Origin: Opitutaceae bacterium
GTDB lineage: Bacteria > Verrucomicrobiota > Verrucomicrobiia > Opitutales > Opitutaceae
Direction: 5' to 3'
NCBI GenBank assembly: GCA_036824825.1
Contig: DAISZL010000003.1
Location: 14,626 to 78,625 of the forward strand
DNA: 64,000 bases
Shown here: in pieces, positions 10,909 to 20,073 of the stretch
How the letters are laid out: each line of letters begins with the position of its first letter
Position numbering within the stretch: the stretch's first letter is position 1
Notes under the pieces: generated by a model
Seen by the model: only the letters and a program-made list of their open reading frames with translations
What the model was told of the DNA's origin: nothing
Database searches by the model: none
Program-made: the position numbers and the translations under genes

Positions 10909-12006
10909 TTGGCATTCATAAATCGCGTGAGTGTTAAACCCAAAAGAGATCTAAGATTTGATTCACTTCGCGGATTGATGATTTTGTGCATGACAGCAAA
11001 TCATCTACCAACTCGTTTACGCGCGTTAACCGATGAATCCTTAGGATTATTCTCAGCTGCAGAGGGTTTCGTTTTTCTATCTGGCCTGATGGCTGGCTGG
11101 ATATACTCACGTAAGTTACGTGAAACAAGTCAGGATGTCCTTTTTAGTCAGTGCCGTGAACGTGTTAAAACTATTTATTATTGGCATCTAGCTGCATTTA
11201 TCAGCTGCCTAATTTTAGTAGTTATTTCTTCTCACTTGTTTGGCTTTGCATCACTGAATACGCCGCGACTTTTCTACCAAAATCCCCTATTAGCCATAGG
11301 ACTAGGTGCAGTTTTTTTACATCAACCAGGACTCTTAGACATATTGCCTATGTACTGTGTGATGTATGCCTTACTACCTCTCATACTTAAGTGGATAGAG
11401 GCAGGATACCGTTACACGGTACTTATAATTAGTTTCAGCGTATGGCTAATTACTCAATTTGCGCCACCGATGGACACCATATCTTTCTTCCCTGTGGTGC
11501 TAGGCTCATTCAATCTCTATGCATGGCAGTTTATTTTTATCTTAGGCGTATTAGCTGGTAATAGTAGACTAAATAAGAGCGAAACGCTTAAACCTAGATT
11601 AACGATTATCGTAGGGGCATGTATTGTTGTATTAAGCTGTTTAAGTATTCAGCATTTAGGCTGGCGTCCTCTTTGGAGTGATCAGTTCTTTGGTGTTTCT
11701 TTAAATAAACCAGCTCTAGGTTTCTTGCGACTTACTAATTTTGGATGTGTAGCATACCTCGTCGCCTTACTCGGCAGTAAATTCCCAAATCTATTTAGTT
11801 GGCCTAAAATTGCGTTTCTTGGAAAACACTCAATTGCTGTCTTTGCAACTCAAAGCGTAACAGCCATGATACTGCTTCAATTTGAAAAGTTTTTTACATC
11901 CCTACCTGGTGACATTATTTGCACCTCTCTCTCGATAGCATTTTTATATCTCGCAGCTTACATTCGAGATCTATGGCAAACTAAGCCTGTTAAAAACGCT
12001 GTCTAA
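10909..12006 (+). CDS. OpgC-like polytopic membrane protein (putative acyltransferase family)
   Basis: 365 aa, about 10 TM. The N-terminal RDLRFDSLRGLMILCMTANH resembles the OpgC/acyltransferase-3-like signature. TTG start (or a GTG a few codons in). Only 6 nt after the OMF gene. Confidence 0.55.
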   Translation: MAFINRVSVKPKRDLRFDSLRGLMILCMTANHLPTRLRALTDESLGLFSAAEGFVFLSGLMAGWIYSRKLRETSQDVLFSQCRERVKTIYYWHLAAFISCLILVVISSHLFGFASLNTPRLFYQNPLLAIGLGAVFLHQPGLLDILPMYCVMYALLPLILKWIEAGYRYTVLIISFSVWLITQFAPPMDTISFFPVVLGSFNLYAWQFIFILGVLAGNSRLNKSETLKPRLTIIVGACIVVLSCLSIQHLGWRPLWSDQFFGVSLNKPALGFLRLTNFGCVAYLVALLGSKFPNLFSWPKIAFLGKHSIAVFATQSVTAMILLQFEKFFTSLPGDIICTSLSIAFLYLAAYIRDLWQTKPVKNAV

Positions 12007-12030
12007 CCAACCTTACTTTTATTTAAGTAC

Positions 12031-12639
12031 ATGATATCCGAAAGACTAAAAAGCCAAGTTCAGTTCATCTTGGAAGTTGATAAGTTGAAAGAAATTTTCA
12101 GACAGACTATCAATACACAAAGTAAACGTGCAGAAAATGATGCCGAGCATTCATGGCATTTATGCTTAACAACTATAGTTCTAGCAGAACATGCCAATCT
12201 ACCTAACCTAGATGTACTTAGAGTATTAAAAATGCTCATTATACATGACCTCGTTGAAATCGATGCTGGCGACACCTTTGCTTACGATACAGCACGCATG
12301 GAAGATCAGCATGCACGCGAAGTTATTGCTGCAAATCGCATCTTTGGTCTTTTACCGAGTGATCAAGCCATAGAATTTAGAGCCCTATGGGATGAATTTG
12401 AGGATAAAAAAACTCCTGAAGCTCGTTTTGCTTTAGCTATGGATAGATTTCAACCTATGCTACTCAACTGCGCCACGGAGGGTGCGGCCTGGAAGAGGCA
12501 TAAGGTAACAGAAGATCGCGTCTTGGCACGCAATGCACCGATTGCCGATGGCTGCTTACCCCTATGGGAATACGCAGTAGATATGGTTAAGAGAACAGTG
12601 GCATCAGGTCATCTACCTCCTGCCCCTCCAAAATCTTAA
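12031..12639 (+). CDS. HD-domain phosphohydrolase (YfbR/HDDC2-like 5'-deoxynucleotidase family)
   Basis: 202 aa with the metal-binding motifs EHSWH and IIHDLVEIDAGD, typical of the HD_3 family. Confidence 0.75.
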   Translation: MISERLKSQVQFILEVDKLKEIFRQTINTQSKRAENDAEHSWHLCLTTIVLAEHANLPNLDVLRVLKMLIIHDLVEIDAGDTFAYDTARMEDQHAREVIAANRIFGLLPSDQAIEFRALWDEFEDKKTPEARFALAMDRFQPMLLNCATEGAAWKRHKVTEDRVLARNAPIADGCLPLWEYAVDMVKRTVASGHLPPAPPKS

Positions 12640-13904
12640 GATAAATCTCTAAACGAACCGAATTGTGCATCGAATAGTCGGCGGTATGTATGAACAATCA
12701 TACCATCGGTCAATCCGGACAACCAGTCGCAGATCCTACGCGCCTTCATTGACTCTGTTTTTTCTTTATTAATTAAACTACCCACTTGAGGCGGAAGTAC
12801 ATTTATAACACGACCCTTTTTGATCACGTAGTTTTTCCACGCAGTGTCCCACAATTCAACAAGAACAACGCGAGCTTTGTGTTCCATCTGTTGTAATTGA
12901 GGACTTTCAAAGATAATATCGTTAGCGATGCGCTTATAGATAAGTGCCTCCTGTTGAGCCGCGTCATCAACGATTAGTTGATATCTAAAGCGATTGGTGC
13001 TCTTAGCCAAGAAACCCTCACGCTTTGAAATACTACAGGCCTTAATAAAGTCTCCGATTTTTTGTGAAAACACACTCTCTAAACGATCGTTCTTAATCGC
13101 GAGCAATAAGCTTCTTATAATTGGGTCTTTTACAGGATCATATCCATTATGATCAGCCCAATTTTCAATGTGATCGTAGGTTAAAAATCCAGCCTTCACC
13201 CCATCTACAATATCGTTGAGTGAATAAGCTGCATCATCAGACCAATCCATAATTTGGCATTCAACACTTTTAAATGCGTTAAGCTTATCGCCCTTAAGTA
13301 AAGAAGCTGGAATTTTCTGACCACCCATAACGAAACTTCTTACACTTTTTTGAGAATCATAAATAAAATGATTTTCTGGACGTTTAGAAAATTCACTAAA
13401 ACATTTTTTGTATTTAAGAACACCATCAAGCAACGCGCGCGTTGGCTTCATACCGTGAACACCTTCACTAGTTTGATACATGGTATCCGTCAGTAAATGA
13501 AGCGTCTGGGCATTACCCTCAAATCCTCCATATGCTTTCATTAACTCCTGTAGTGTTCTCTCACCTGAATGGCCAAAGGGAGGATGACCTAAGTCGTGCG
13601 CCAAACAAACTGCTTCCACTAGATCACTATCGATATAAAAAGAAGCATTCAGAGACTTAGAAGTACTTTGTAAATACCTGCATATCGAACGACCAATTTG
13701 TGCAACTTCAATAGAATGAGTCAAACGCGTACGATAAAAGTCATATTCCCCTGACAAAAACACCTGTGTTTTTGACTGCAGTTTACGAAATGCATGAGCA
13801 TGAATGATTCGATCACGATCAATTTGAAAAGCATTACGATAATCCGTATTCCGCTCTGACCCATAAGTTTCACTGTCAAACGAGTTATAAAATTGATTTG
13901 TCAT
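12636..13904 (-). CDS. dgt: dGTP triphosphohydrolase-like protein (dGTPase family)
   Basis: 422 aa with the N-terminal FQIDRDRIIHAHAFRKLQSKTQVF, the HD motif RLTHSIEVAQIGR..LAHDLGHPPFGH, and a family-typical C-terminus. Confidence 0.87.
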   Translation of the reverse strand: MTNQFYNSFDSETYGSERNTDYRNAFQIDRDRIIHAHAFRKLQSKTQVFLSGEYDFYRTRLTHSIEVAQIGRSICRYLQSTSKSLNASFYIDSDLVEAVCLAHDLGHPPFGHSGERTLQELMKAYGGFEGNAQTLHLLTDTMYQTSEGVHGMKPTRALLDGVLKYKKCFSEFSKRPENHFIYDSQKSVRSFVMGGQKIPASLLKGDKLNAFKSVECQIMDWSDDAAYSLNDIVDGVKAGFLTYDHIENWADHNGYDPVKDPIIRSLLLAIKNDRLESVFSQKIGDFIKACSISKREGFLAKSTNRFRYQLIVDDAAQQEALIYKRIANDIIFESPQLQQMEHKARVVLVELWDTAWKNYVIKKGRVINVLPPQVGSLINKEKTESMKARRICDWLSGLTDGMIVHTYRRLFDAQFGSFRDLS

Positions 13905-14037
13905 TAATGGGATGAATACAAATGGAAACTATCCGTTTTTAATATCCAATACAAGCCTGTGTAATGGTCATATGAACTGAGATTAAACGTTGTACGCTAT
14001 TGAATCTTAGGAAATAATACCAAAATACCCACGAGCT

Positions 14038-14454
14038 ATGGCAGAAACTAATCTATCTCCATCAGATTTTAAGAAATTAAAAATTGCTGCTATCAAAGCA
14101 TCAAAGAATGCTTACGCACCTTACTCAAAATTTAAAGTTGGTGCAGCTATACTGACTTCTTCAGGAAAAATTATATCAGGATGTAATGTAGAAAATGCTT
14201 CCTATGGGCTATGTATGTGCGCCGAAAGAAATGCTATCAATAGCATGGTCGCTCTAAAAGAACGTCGCCTCAGTTGCGTTGTTGTATATACACCAACTAG
14301 TAAACCTACAGCACCTTGTGGTGCATGCCGCCAGGTAATCAGTGAATTTGGTTCACAAGCACGCGTGATTAGTGTCTGCAAATCAAAGCAGCTAATTGAT
14401 ACGTCAATAAAATCACTTCTGCCTGAAGCGTTTGGACCTCGTGACTTAAAGTAA
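14038..14454 (+). CDS. cdd: cytidine deaminase
   Basis: 138 aa with the zinc motifs CAERNAI and PCGACRQ of the homotetrameric CDA family. Confidence 0.9.
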   Translation: MAETNLSPSDFKKLKIAAIKASKNAYAPYSKFKVGAAILTSSGKIISGCNVENASYGLCMCAERNAINSMVALKERRLSCVVVYTPTSKPTAPCGACRQVISEFGSQARVISVCKSKQLIDTSIKSLLPEAFGPRDLK

Positions 14455-14458
14455 GCTT

Positions 14459-15772
14459 TTACTTACTGAAAAAATCACGAACGCGAGCTTCTAGTTCACT
14501 GCGTGCTATTTGTTCTTCAGAGCGCTCAGTCATGTCGCGTAGTTTAACACTACCACTTGCCAATTCTTCGCTACCAAAGATCAATGTTAATTTAGCACCA
14601 CTCTCGGCAGCTGACTTAAACTGCTTACCAAAGGCTAAATCCTTAAAAGGATACTCTACGCTGTATCCTAGTGCTCTGAGGCTTGCTATAGCCCCAAAAG
14701 CAGCTTTGCGCTCAGCTTCACCACCAATCACAACATAAATATCTGGTGAACGCACAAGTGTTGGCATTAAACCGCGTGCTTCGAGTAATAAACTAAAGGT
14801 CATATCACCAATAGCGAATCCAACAGCAGGTAAATCTGGGCCACCTAATTTTTTTACTAAATTATCGTAGCGACCACCACCAGCTAGCGCACGTAGTTCT
14901 CCCTTGCGGTCAAAAGCTTCAAATACAAAGCCTGTATAATACGCAAGACCACGAACAACACCTAAATCGACAGAAACGAAGTCAGATAAACCCATCGCGC
15001 TTAATCCATTGAGCACCTTTTCCCAGTCCATTAAACGCTGCGATAACTTTTCGGAGGCTGCCTGTTCGGCAACCAGGGACTTGAGTTCATCTAGTGATTT
15101 TATCTTTAAGAAACGTAAAACATTTTCTTTGAGTGATGAATCAAGTGCCCCAAATTGAGTGATGTAGGCTTTAAATGCATCGTCTCCGTATTTTTCGTAC
15201 TTATCGATTGCACTCAGCATCGCCGAAATTTTTGACTCATCTAAACCAAGACTTGCTAGATAATAGACCCAAACATTTCGGTCGCTTAGTCTGACATAAA
15301 AATCTTCTGCAGTTAAGCCAAAGCCTCGCATGCATTGGATAAGTAAACCGATTAATTCAATTTCTGCCTCAGGGCCACTTTCACCAAAGATATCCGCATT
15401 AAATTGAGAGAAGCAACGACCTCTGCCCTTTTGCATACGCTCATAGCGATAAAACTCCGCAATGCTATACCACTTAATAGGTCGTTTAAGTGAGCCCGCT
15501 CTTTCACCAACTAGACGACATACCGTGGGCGTCATTTCTGGTCTAAGCGCAACTTCACGTCCACCTTTGTCTGTAAATGAAAACAGTTGCGTCTCAATTT
15601 CTTCACCTGATTTAGCACGGTATAAATCTAAAGGCTCTAGTACTGGAGCATCGTATTCAGCGAATCCATAGGCATTCGCAGCCTGACGCCATAAACGAAA
15701 CACATGATTTCTACGTGCTAGGTCGTCAGGATAAAATTCTCTAAAACCGGGAAGCGTCTGAAACTCGGGCAT
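14459..15772 (-). CDS. hisS: histidine--tRNA ligase
   Basis: 437 aa with class II motifs (LRPEMTPTVCR, FRYERMQKGRGRCFSQFNADIFG, GGGRYDNL). A C-terminal anticodon-binding domain is present, so this is HisS and not HisZ. Confidence 0.92.
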   Translation of the reverse strand: MPEFQTLPGFREFYPDDLARRNHVFRLWRQAANAYGFAEYDAPVLEPLDLYRAKSGEEIETQLFSFTDKGGREVALRPEMTPTVCRLVGERAGSLKRPIKWYSIAEFYRYERMQKGRGRCFSQFNADIFGESGPEAEIELIGLLIQCMRGFGLTAEDFYVRLSDRNVWVYYLASLGLDESKISAMLSAIDKYEKYGDDAFKAYITQFGALDSSLKENVLRFLKIKSLDELKSLVAEQAASEKLSQRLMDWEKVLNGLSAMGLSDFVSVDLGVVRGLAYYTGFVFEAFDRKGELRALAGGGRYDNLVKKLGGPDLPAVGFAIGDMTFSLLLEARGLMPTLVRSPDIYVVIGGEAERKAAFGAIASLRALGYSVEYPFKDLAFGKQFKSAAESGAKLTLIFGSEELASGSVKLRDMTERSEEQIARSELEARVRDFFSK

Positions 15773-15794
15773 GAATTATATACTGTGTGAACAG

Positions 15795-15826
15795 ATAAAA
15801 ATAAGAGCGAATTAAAAAAATTCGCT
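15795..15826 (-). terminator. hairpin plus T-tract (second of two tandem hairpins between the HU gene and hisS)
   Basis: The minus strand reads AGCGAATT-TTTTT-AATTCGCT (8-bp stem, 15806-15826) followed by CTTATTTTTAT. Confidence 0.45.
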
Positions 15827-15837
15827 AAACACTACCA

Positions 15838-15870
15838 AAACACATCAAAGAAACAAACCGTGTTTCTTTA
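15838..15870 (-). terminator. putative intrinsic terminator of the HU-family gene
   Basis: 9-bp stem AAAGAAACA / TGTTTCTTT (15847-15869) with a 5-nt loop. It overlaps the stop codon and is followed on the minus strand by GATGTGTTTTGG. Confidence 0.45.
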
Positions 15871-16203
15871 TTCAGCGCTAGGAGCTGGTGGTATTTGGAT
15901 TTGAGTTAAATCCAATTTCTTAAGTTGTTGCTTGAGAATCTTACCGGATTTAAATTTTACTACAGCGCGCTGAGGGATAACCACTTCTGCTTCTGGCTTA
16001 TTAGGATTACGTCCTACACGCTGCTTGCGCACTTGTACTTCTAATACGCCGAAATTTCTTAACTCAACATTACGACCTTCTGATAATGCTTTCTGCACAA
16101 TATCAAGCGTTTGCTGAACTGTGTCTACGATTTGCTTCTGTGGAAAACCTGTCTTACGGTAGATTTCCAGTACGACTTCGCGTTTGGTGAGGTTCGTAGA
16201 CAT
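15868..16203 (-). CDS. HU/IHF-family DNA-binding protein with C-terminal extension
   Basis: 111 aa with a bacterial histone-like fold (GRNVELRNFGVLEVQVRKQRVGRNPNKPEAEVVIPQRAVVKFKSG) plus a tail of about 20 aa. Confidence 0.85.
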   Translation of the reverse strand: MSTNLTKREVVLEIYRKTGFPQKQIVDTVQQTLDIVQKALSEGRNVELRNFGVLEVQVRKQRVGRNPNKPEAEVVIPQRAVVKFKSGKILKQQLKKLDLTQIQIPPAPSAE

Positions 16204-16297
16204 TGATTTTCCCTTTAGTTTCTGCGTTTAGATTTTGTATAAAGTATTTACAGAATTCTAATTACGTCAATAATAATGGCTTAAGTAAGAATAAATA

Positions 16298-16999
16298 ATG
16301 ATAAAACCCGAATCAGCCGCTGTAAACTCTATGTTTTCGCGTATCGCAGCGCGCTATGATATTGCTAATAGGCTACTTAGCCTAGGTTTAGACCTGCACT
16401 GGCGCAAGCAATTGGTAAAGTCTTTAAAGTTACATAAACCGTTAACTGTATTAGATTTAGCTACGGGAAGTGGAGATGTTGCATTCGCAATTTCAAAGAA
16501 TTTACCCAAAACTGTAAAAATCACAGGCATGGACTTTTGCGAACCCATGCTAACTGAAGCCAGGGTTAAGCAATGTGCCATTTCGTCCGCCTCAAATATA
16601 GAGTTTACCCAAGGAGATGGACTTAACCTACCCCTCAACGATAGCACTTATGACGCTATAACCATTTCATTCGGACTTCGAAACATGGCTGATAGAGCTC
16701 TGTCACTACGAGAAATGAGGCGCGTACTTAAACCGCGAGGTAATCTATTTGTACTCGAATTTTCGCAGCCTTACTTTTGGTTTAAACCCATTTATTTTTT
16801 CTACCTTCGCTACCTTTTACCTTACATAGCTGGTATCGTAACGAAAGATCGCGAGGCATATGTATATCTTAACAAGACGATTGAAAGCTTTCCAAATCGT
16901 TTAGCTTTAGAAAAAGAAATTTTAGCAGCTGGATTTTCTAGTGTTAAATCCACTGCCCTTTTGTTTGGCGCGGTAGCACTGCACGAAGCAAAAAATTAA
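16298..16999 (+). CDS. ubiE: demethylmenaquinone/ubiquinone C-methyltransferase (UbiE/MenG family)
   Basis: 233 aa with MFSRIAARYDIANRLLSLGLDLHWRK and the SAM motif VLDLATGSGDVA, which are diagnostic of UbiE/MenG. Confidence 0.88.
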   Translation: MIKPESAAVNSMFSRIAARYDIANRLLSLGLDLHWRKQLVKSLKLHKPLTVLDLATGSGDVAFAISKNLPKTVKITGMDFCEPMLTEARVKQCAISSASNIEFTQGDGLNLPLNDSTYDAITISFGLRNMADRALSLREMRRVLKPRGNLFVLEFSQPYFWFKPIYFFYLRYLLPYIAGIVTKDREAYVYLNKTIESFPNRLALEKEILAAGFSSVKSTALLFGAVALHEAKN

Positions 17000-17010
17000 T
17001 TTCTAAGAAA

Positions 17011-17328
17011 TTAATTAAACGACTTACCGCAGCCGCAGGTACTTTTTGCATTTGGATTTTTTATTTCAAATCCTTTGCCATGCAGACCATCGTCAAAATC
17101 AACACTGCATCCACTCAAGAATGGTACACTCTTAGGATCTACAACAATTGAGATCCCTTCACTTTCAAAAATTACATCATCCGCTTTGGCTGCTTCAAAA
17201 GACATTCCGTACTGCATTCCGGAACAGCCACCATTTTCAACAAGCAGTCTTAGCGGCGCATCTGGTGTTTCCGAATTCGAACGAAGTGTACGAACTTGAG
17301 CAGCAGCACGTGGTGTAAGTAAAATCAT
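17011..17328 (-). CDS. IscA/HesB/ErpA-family iron-sulfur cluster insertion protein
   Basis: 105 aa with GGCSGMQY and the C-terminal CGCGKSF motif. Confidence 0.88.
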   Translation of the reverse strand: MILLTPRAAAQVRTLRSNSETPDAPLRLLVENGGCSGMQYGMSFEAAKADDVIFESEGISIVVDPKSVPFLSGCSVDFDDGLHGKGFEIKNPNAKSTCGCGKSFN

Positions 17329-17567
17329 AATTGAGTTCTAAAATAATCTAACGACTCAATTACTGTATTCACAGAAAACAAATCAGCAAGAAAGAGGTCT
17401 GTTTTAGCAAAACTCTTCTATTAATTAACGATTCTAATAATATACAGCAATTTTCAGGCCAATTTAGACTGAATTACTTGCGGAAGGTAAAAATCGGGTA
17501 TTAAATGGCTTTGGGTGAATGCCAAACTACAACATGCCGTTTATGACACAAGGAGAGTCACTCCCCT

Positions 17568-19046
17568 ATGAGTGGCCCATCCCTAGGTCATGGCCTGCAG
17601 CAAAGGCAAAGCCAATCGCTAGTCCTAGCGCCCCAACTAAGACAATCTCTTAAGATATTGCAGGTTGGTGCTTTAGAGCTTCGATCCGTGATCCAAGAAG
17701 AGCTACAATCTAATCCAACAATTGAAGAATTGCCTATGGAAGGCGTTAACTTGGATGAACCTTCCAACTCGCAAGAGTACGACTCAGAATCTATTCCTCA
17801 AGACACCCTCAATACGTCCGAAAGCGTAAAATCGGATGAAATGGATTTTTCAAAAGAATTTCAAATTCTTGAAAAATTTGATGACGATTGGCGCGATACC
17901 CCAGGTATTACGTCCAGAACCTACACCGCTGAAGACGCTGAGAAACGCCAACACTTTTTTGATTCCTTAGTAAGCGAGGCTTCCCTTCAGGAGCATCTCA
18001 TGCAACAAGCTGAAGTTTCAGATTTAACTGAAAACGAGCTCAGTGCCATGCGTCATTTAGTAGGTAGTTTAAATGAACAAGGACTACTGACTCAAAAGCC
18101 CGCAGATATAGCACTACAAACAGGTATACCTTTAGAAGATGTACTCAAAGCCGAGAGCGTTTTAAAAACATTCGAACCACTTGGCGTAGGCAGTAGCAGT
18201 TTAGCGGAATGTTTACTCATTCAACTCGCTGCAAAAGGTAGAGCTGAATCACTGCCAGGAAGAATTGTACGCGATCATTTTGACTTACTCACCCGTCGAC
18301 GAATTCCAGAAATCGCTCGTAAATGCGGAATCGCACAAGACGATGTACAAGAAGCTATCGAAGAAATTGGCCGTCTCGATCCAGCCCCAGGTAGACGATA
18401 CACAGAGGACATTAACCGCGTCGTTATAGCTGATGTGATTGTCGAAGACGATGAAGGTGAATGGAAAATCACATTAAATAGCGATTACATTCCTAAACTG
18501 CGCATATCGAATACATACCGCGAAATGATCGCACGCGGTAAACTCACAAAACAAGAAGGCGACTACCTACGTGAGCGCATACGCTCTGGAAAATTTCTCA
18601 TAGACTCAATAGAACAACGCCAACGCACAATTGAACGTATCACTCGAGAAATTATCAAAAATCAAAGCGATTTTTTTGAAAAAGGTGTAGCTTATTTAAA
18701 GCCACTTACCATGACTACGATTGCAGATATTGTAGGTGTCCATGAGACAACAGTAAGTCGAGCAATCGCTAATAAATACATTAAAACACCACACGGTGTT
18801 TTTGAATTTAAATATTTCTTTACCCCTGGTTACCAAGCTGAAAGTGGAGCCTCTGTATCAAATACAAGCGTCAAAGAAATGATCGCAGATCTTATTAATG
18901 TTGAAGATAAAGCTGCACCTTATAGCGACCAAGAATTAGTTAAAAAGCTGCAAGCTAAAGGCATCAAGATAGCACGTAGAACCGTTGCAAAATACCGCGA
19001 AGAACTTGGCATGCTACCAAGTAATTTAAGACGTGATTATAAATAA
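17568..19046 (+). CDS. rpoN: RNA polymerase sigma-54 factor
   Basis: 492 aa with a Gln/Leu-rich region I (LAPQLRQSLKILQV), an acidic region II, a core-binding domain, an HTH and the RpoN box ARRTVAKYRE. Confidence 0.95.
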   Translation: MSGPSLGHGLQQRQSQSLVLAPQLRQSLKILQVGALELRSVIQEELQSNPTIEELPMEGVNLDEPSNSQEYDSESIPQDTLNTSESVKSDEMDFSKEFQILEKFDDDWRDTPGITSRTYTAEDAEKRQHFFDSLVSEASLQEHLMQQAEVSDLTENELSAMRHLVGSLNEQGLLTQKPADIALQTGIPLEDVLKAESVLKTFEPLGVGSSSLAECLLIQLAAKGRAESLPGRIVRDHFDLLTRRRIPEIARKCGIAQDDVQEAIEEIGRLDPAPGRRYTEDINRVVIADVIVEDDEGEWKITLNSDYIPKLRISNTYREMIARGKLTKQEGDYLRERIRSGKFLIDSIEQRQRTIERITREIIKNQSDFFEKGVAYLKPLTMTTIADIVGVHETTVSRAIANKYIKTPHGVFEFKYFFTPGYQAESGASVSNTSVKEMIADLINVEDKAAPYSDQELVKKLQAKGIKIARRTVAKYREELGMLPSNLRRDYK

Positions 19047-19047
19047 T

Positions 19048-20073
19048 CTATAAACCTAATCCAGGTTCTATAGATATATTATAGCCGTCACTTTTAAGAC
19101 CCGCTTTATCCACATAAGCTGCAAAGGCGATCATAGCTGCGTTATCGCCTGTGTGCTCACTACGTGCAGCGTAAAAAGGAATCTGAGCCCGTTTTGCCTC
19201 AAGCTGCATGCTAGTACGAAGTAATTTATTATTAGCCACCCCACCAGAAAGTCCCAGACTCTGGTAGCTGGTCAAACTGAGTGCAGCACGAGTTTTTTTA
19301 ATCAGTGCATCAATCACCGCCTGTTGATAGCTAGCACATAAATCACGCATCTTAGCTTCAACCTCTTGTTTACTCATAGCCTCAAGCGTATAGCGCAAAC
19401 TCGTCTTTAAACCTGAAAAACTAAATTCAAGTTCACTCTTCTTTTCCAAGCCACGTGGAAAATCAAATGCAGCTACATCTCCCCCTAATGACTGTTTCTC
19501 GATTAAAGGCCCACCAGGATAACCTAACCCGAGTAACTTAGCTCCTTTATCGAGAGCTTCCCCTGCCGCATCATCCCGAGTTGATGAAATAAATTCGATT
19601 CGTCTCTGCTTTGTAATACGACACAAAATGGTATGGCCACCAGAAGCAATAAGAGCGAGATGAGGCAATGCTTGATCTAAGAGCTCATCAAAGTGAATAG
19701 GATCACTATGATGCATATCAATAAACGGAGACCATACATGCCCACGCATGTGATTAACTCCGACTACAGGTATTTTCAGTGCTAAGGCGAGTGATTTGGC
19801 AGCCGCAACACCCAGAGCTAGACATGGAGCTAGCCCTGGTCCGTACGTGACTGCTACCGTTTCTAATTTTGCACTACCCCACTGCGATTTACTTAATTCA
19901 ATGAGTGGGCCTAATTCCTTCACATGCTCTCTTGAGGCTAAATCAGGAACAACACCACCATGCTTACCATGAAGCGCTATCTGTGTGCGCACCCATTCTC
20001 CTTTGATACCAGTTTGAGGATCAAATACGGCGACTGCCGTTTCATCACATGAACTTTCTATCGCAAGTATCAT
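19048..20073 (-). CDS. tsaD: tRNA N6-adenosine threonylcarbamoyltransferase TsaD
   Basis: 341 aa with ILAIESSCDETAVAV at the N-terminus and metal-binding His residues (HMRGH). Kae1/TsaD family. Confidence 0.93.
   Translation of the reverse strand: MILAIESSCDETAVAVFDPQTGIKGEWVRTQIALHGKHGGVVPDLASREHVKELGPLIELSKSQWGSAKLETVAVTYGPGLAPCLALGVAAAKSLALALKIPVVGVNHMRGHVWSPFIDMHHSDPIHFDELLDQALPHLALIASGGHTILCRITKQRRIEFISSTRDDAAGEALDKGAKLLGLGYPGGPLIEKQSLGGDVAAFDFPRGLEKKSELEFSFSGLKTSLRYTLEAMSKQEVEAKMRDLCASYQQAVIDALIKKTRAALSLTSYQSLGLSGGVANNKLLRTSMQLEAKRAQIPFYAARSEHTGDNAAMIAFAAYVDKAGLKSDGYNISIEPGLGL

Noticed and set aside
12031-14454. HD hydrolase + dGTPase + cytidine deaminase as a nucleotide-depletion anti-phage defence island
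   Set aside because: dGTPase and dCTP-deaminase families do include defence genes. However, this deaminase is an ordinary 138-aa CDA-type cytidine deaminase, and the dGTPase has the housekeeping-type N-terminus. The genes are in mixed orientations among core genes (hisS, an efflux operon), and no mobile-element or defence neighbours are present. Nucleotide salvage and housekeeping is the simpler reading.
14459-15772. Possibility that the HisRS-like gene is the regulatory paralogue HisZ
   Set aside because: A C-terminal anticodon-binding domain and intact class II motif 2/3 residues are present, so it is HisS.
17461-17567. SRP/4.5S-like 'GCGGAAGG' element and a 13-codon uORF (MALGECQTTTCRL) upstream of rpoN
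   Set aside because: The flanking sequence cannot form the conserved SRP domain IV helix. The uORF has no supporting features. Both are probably chance.
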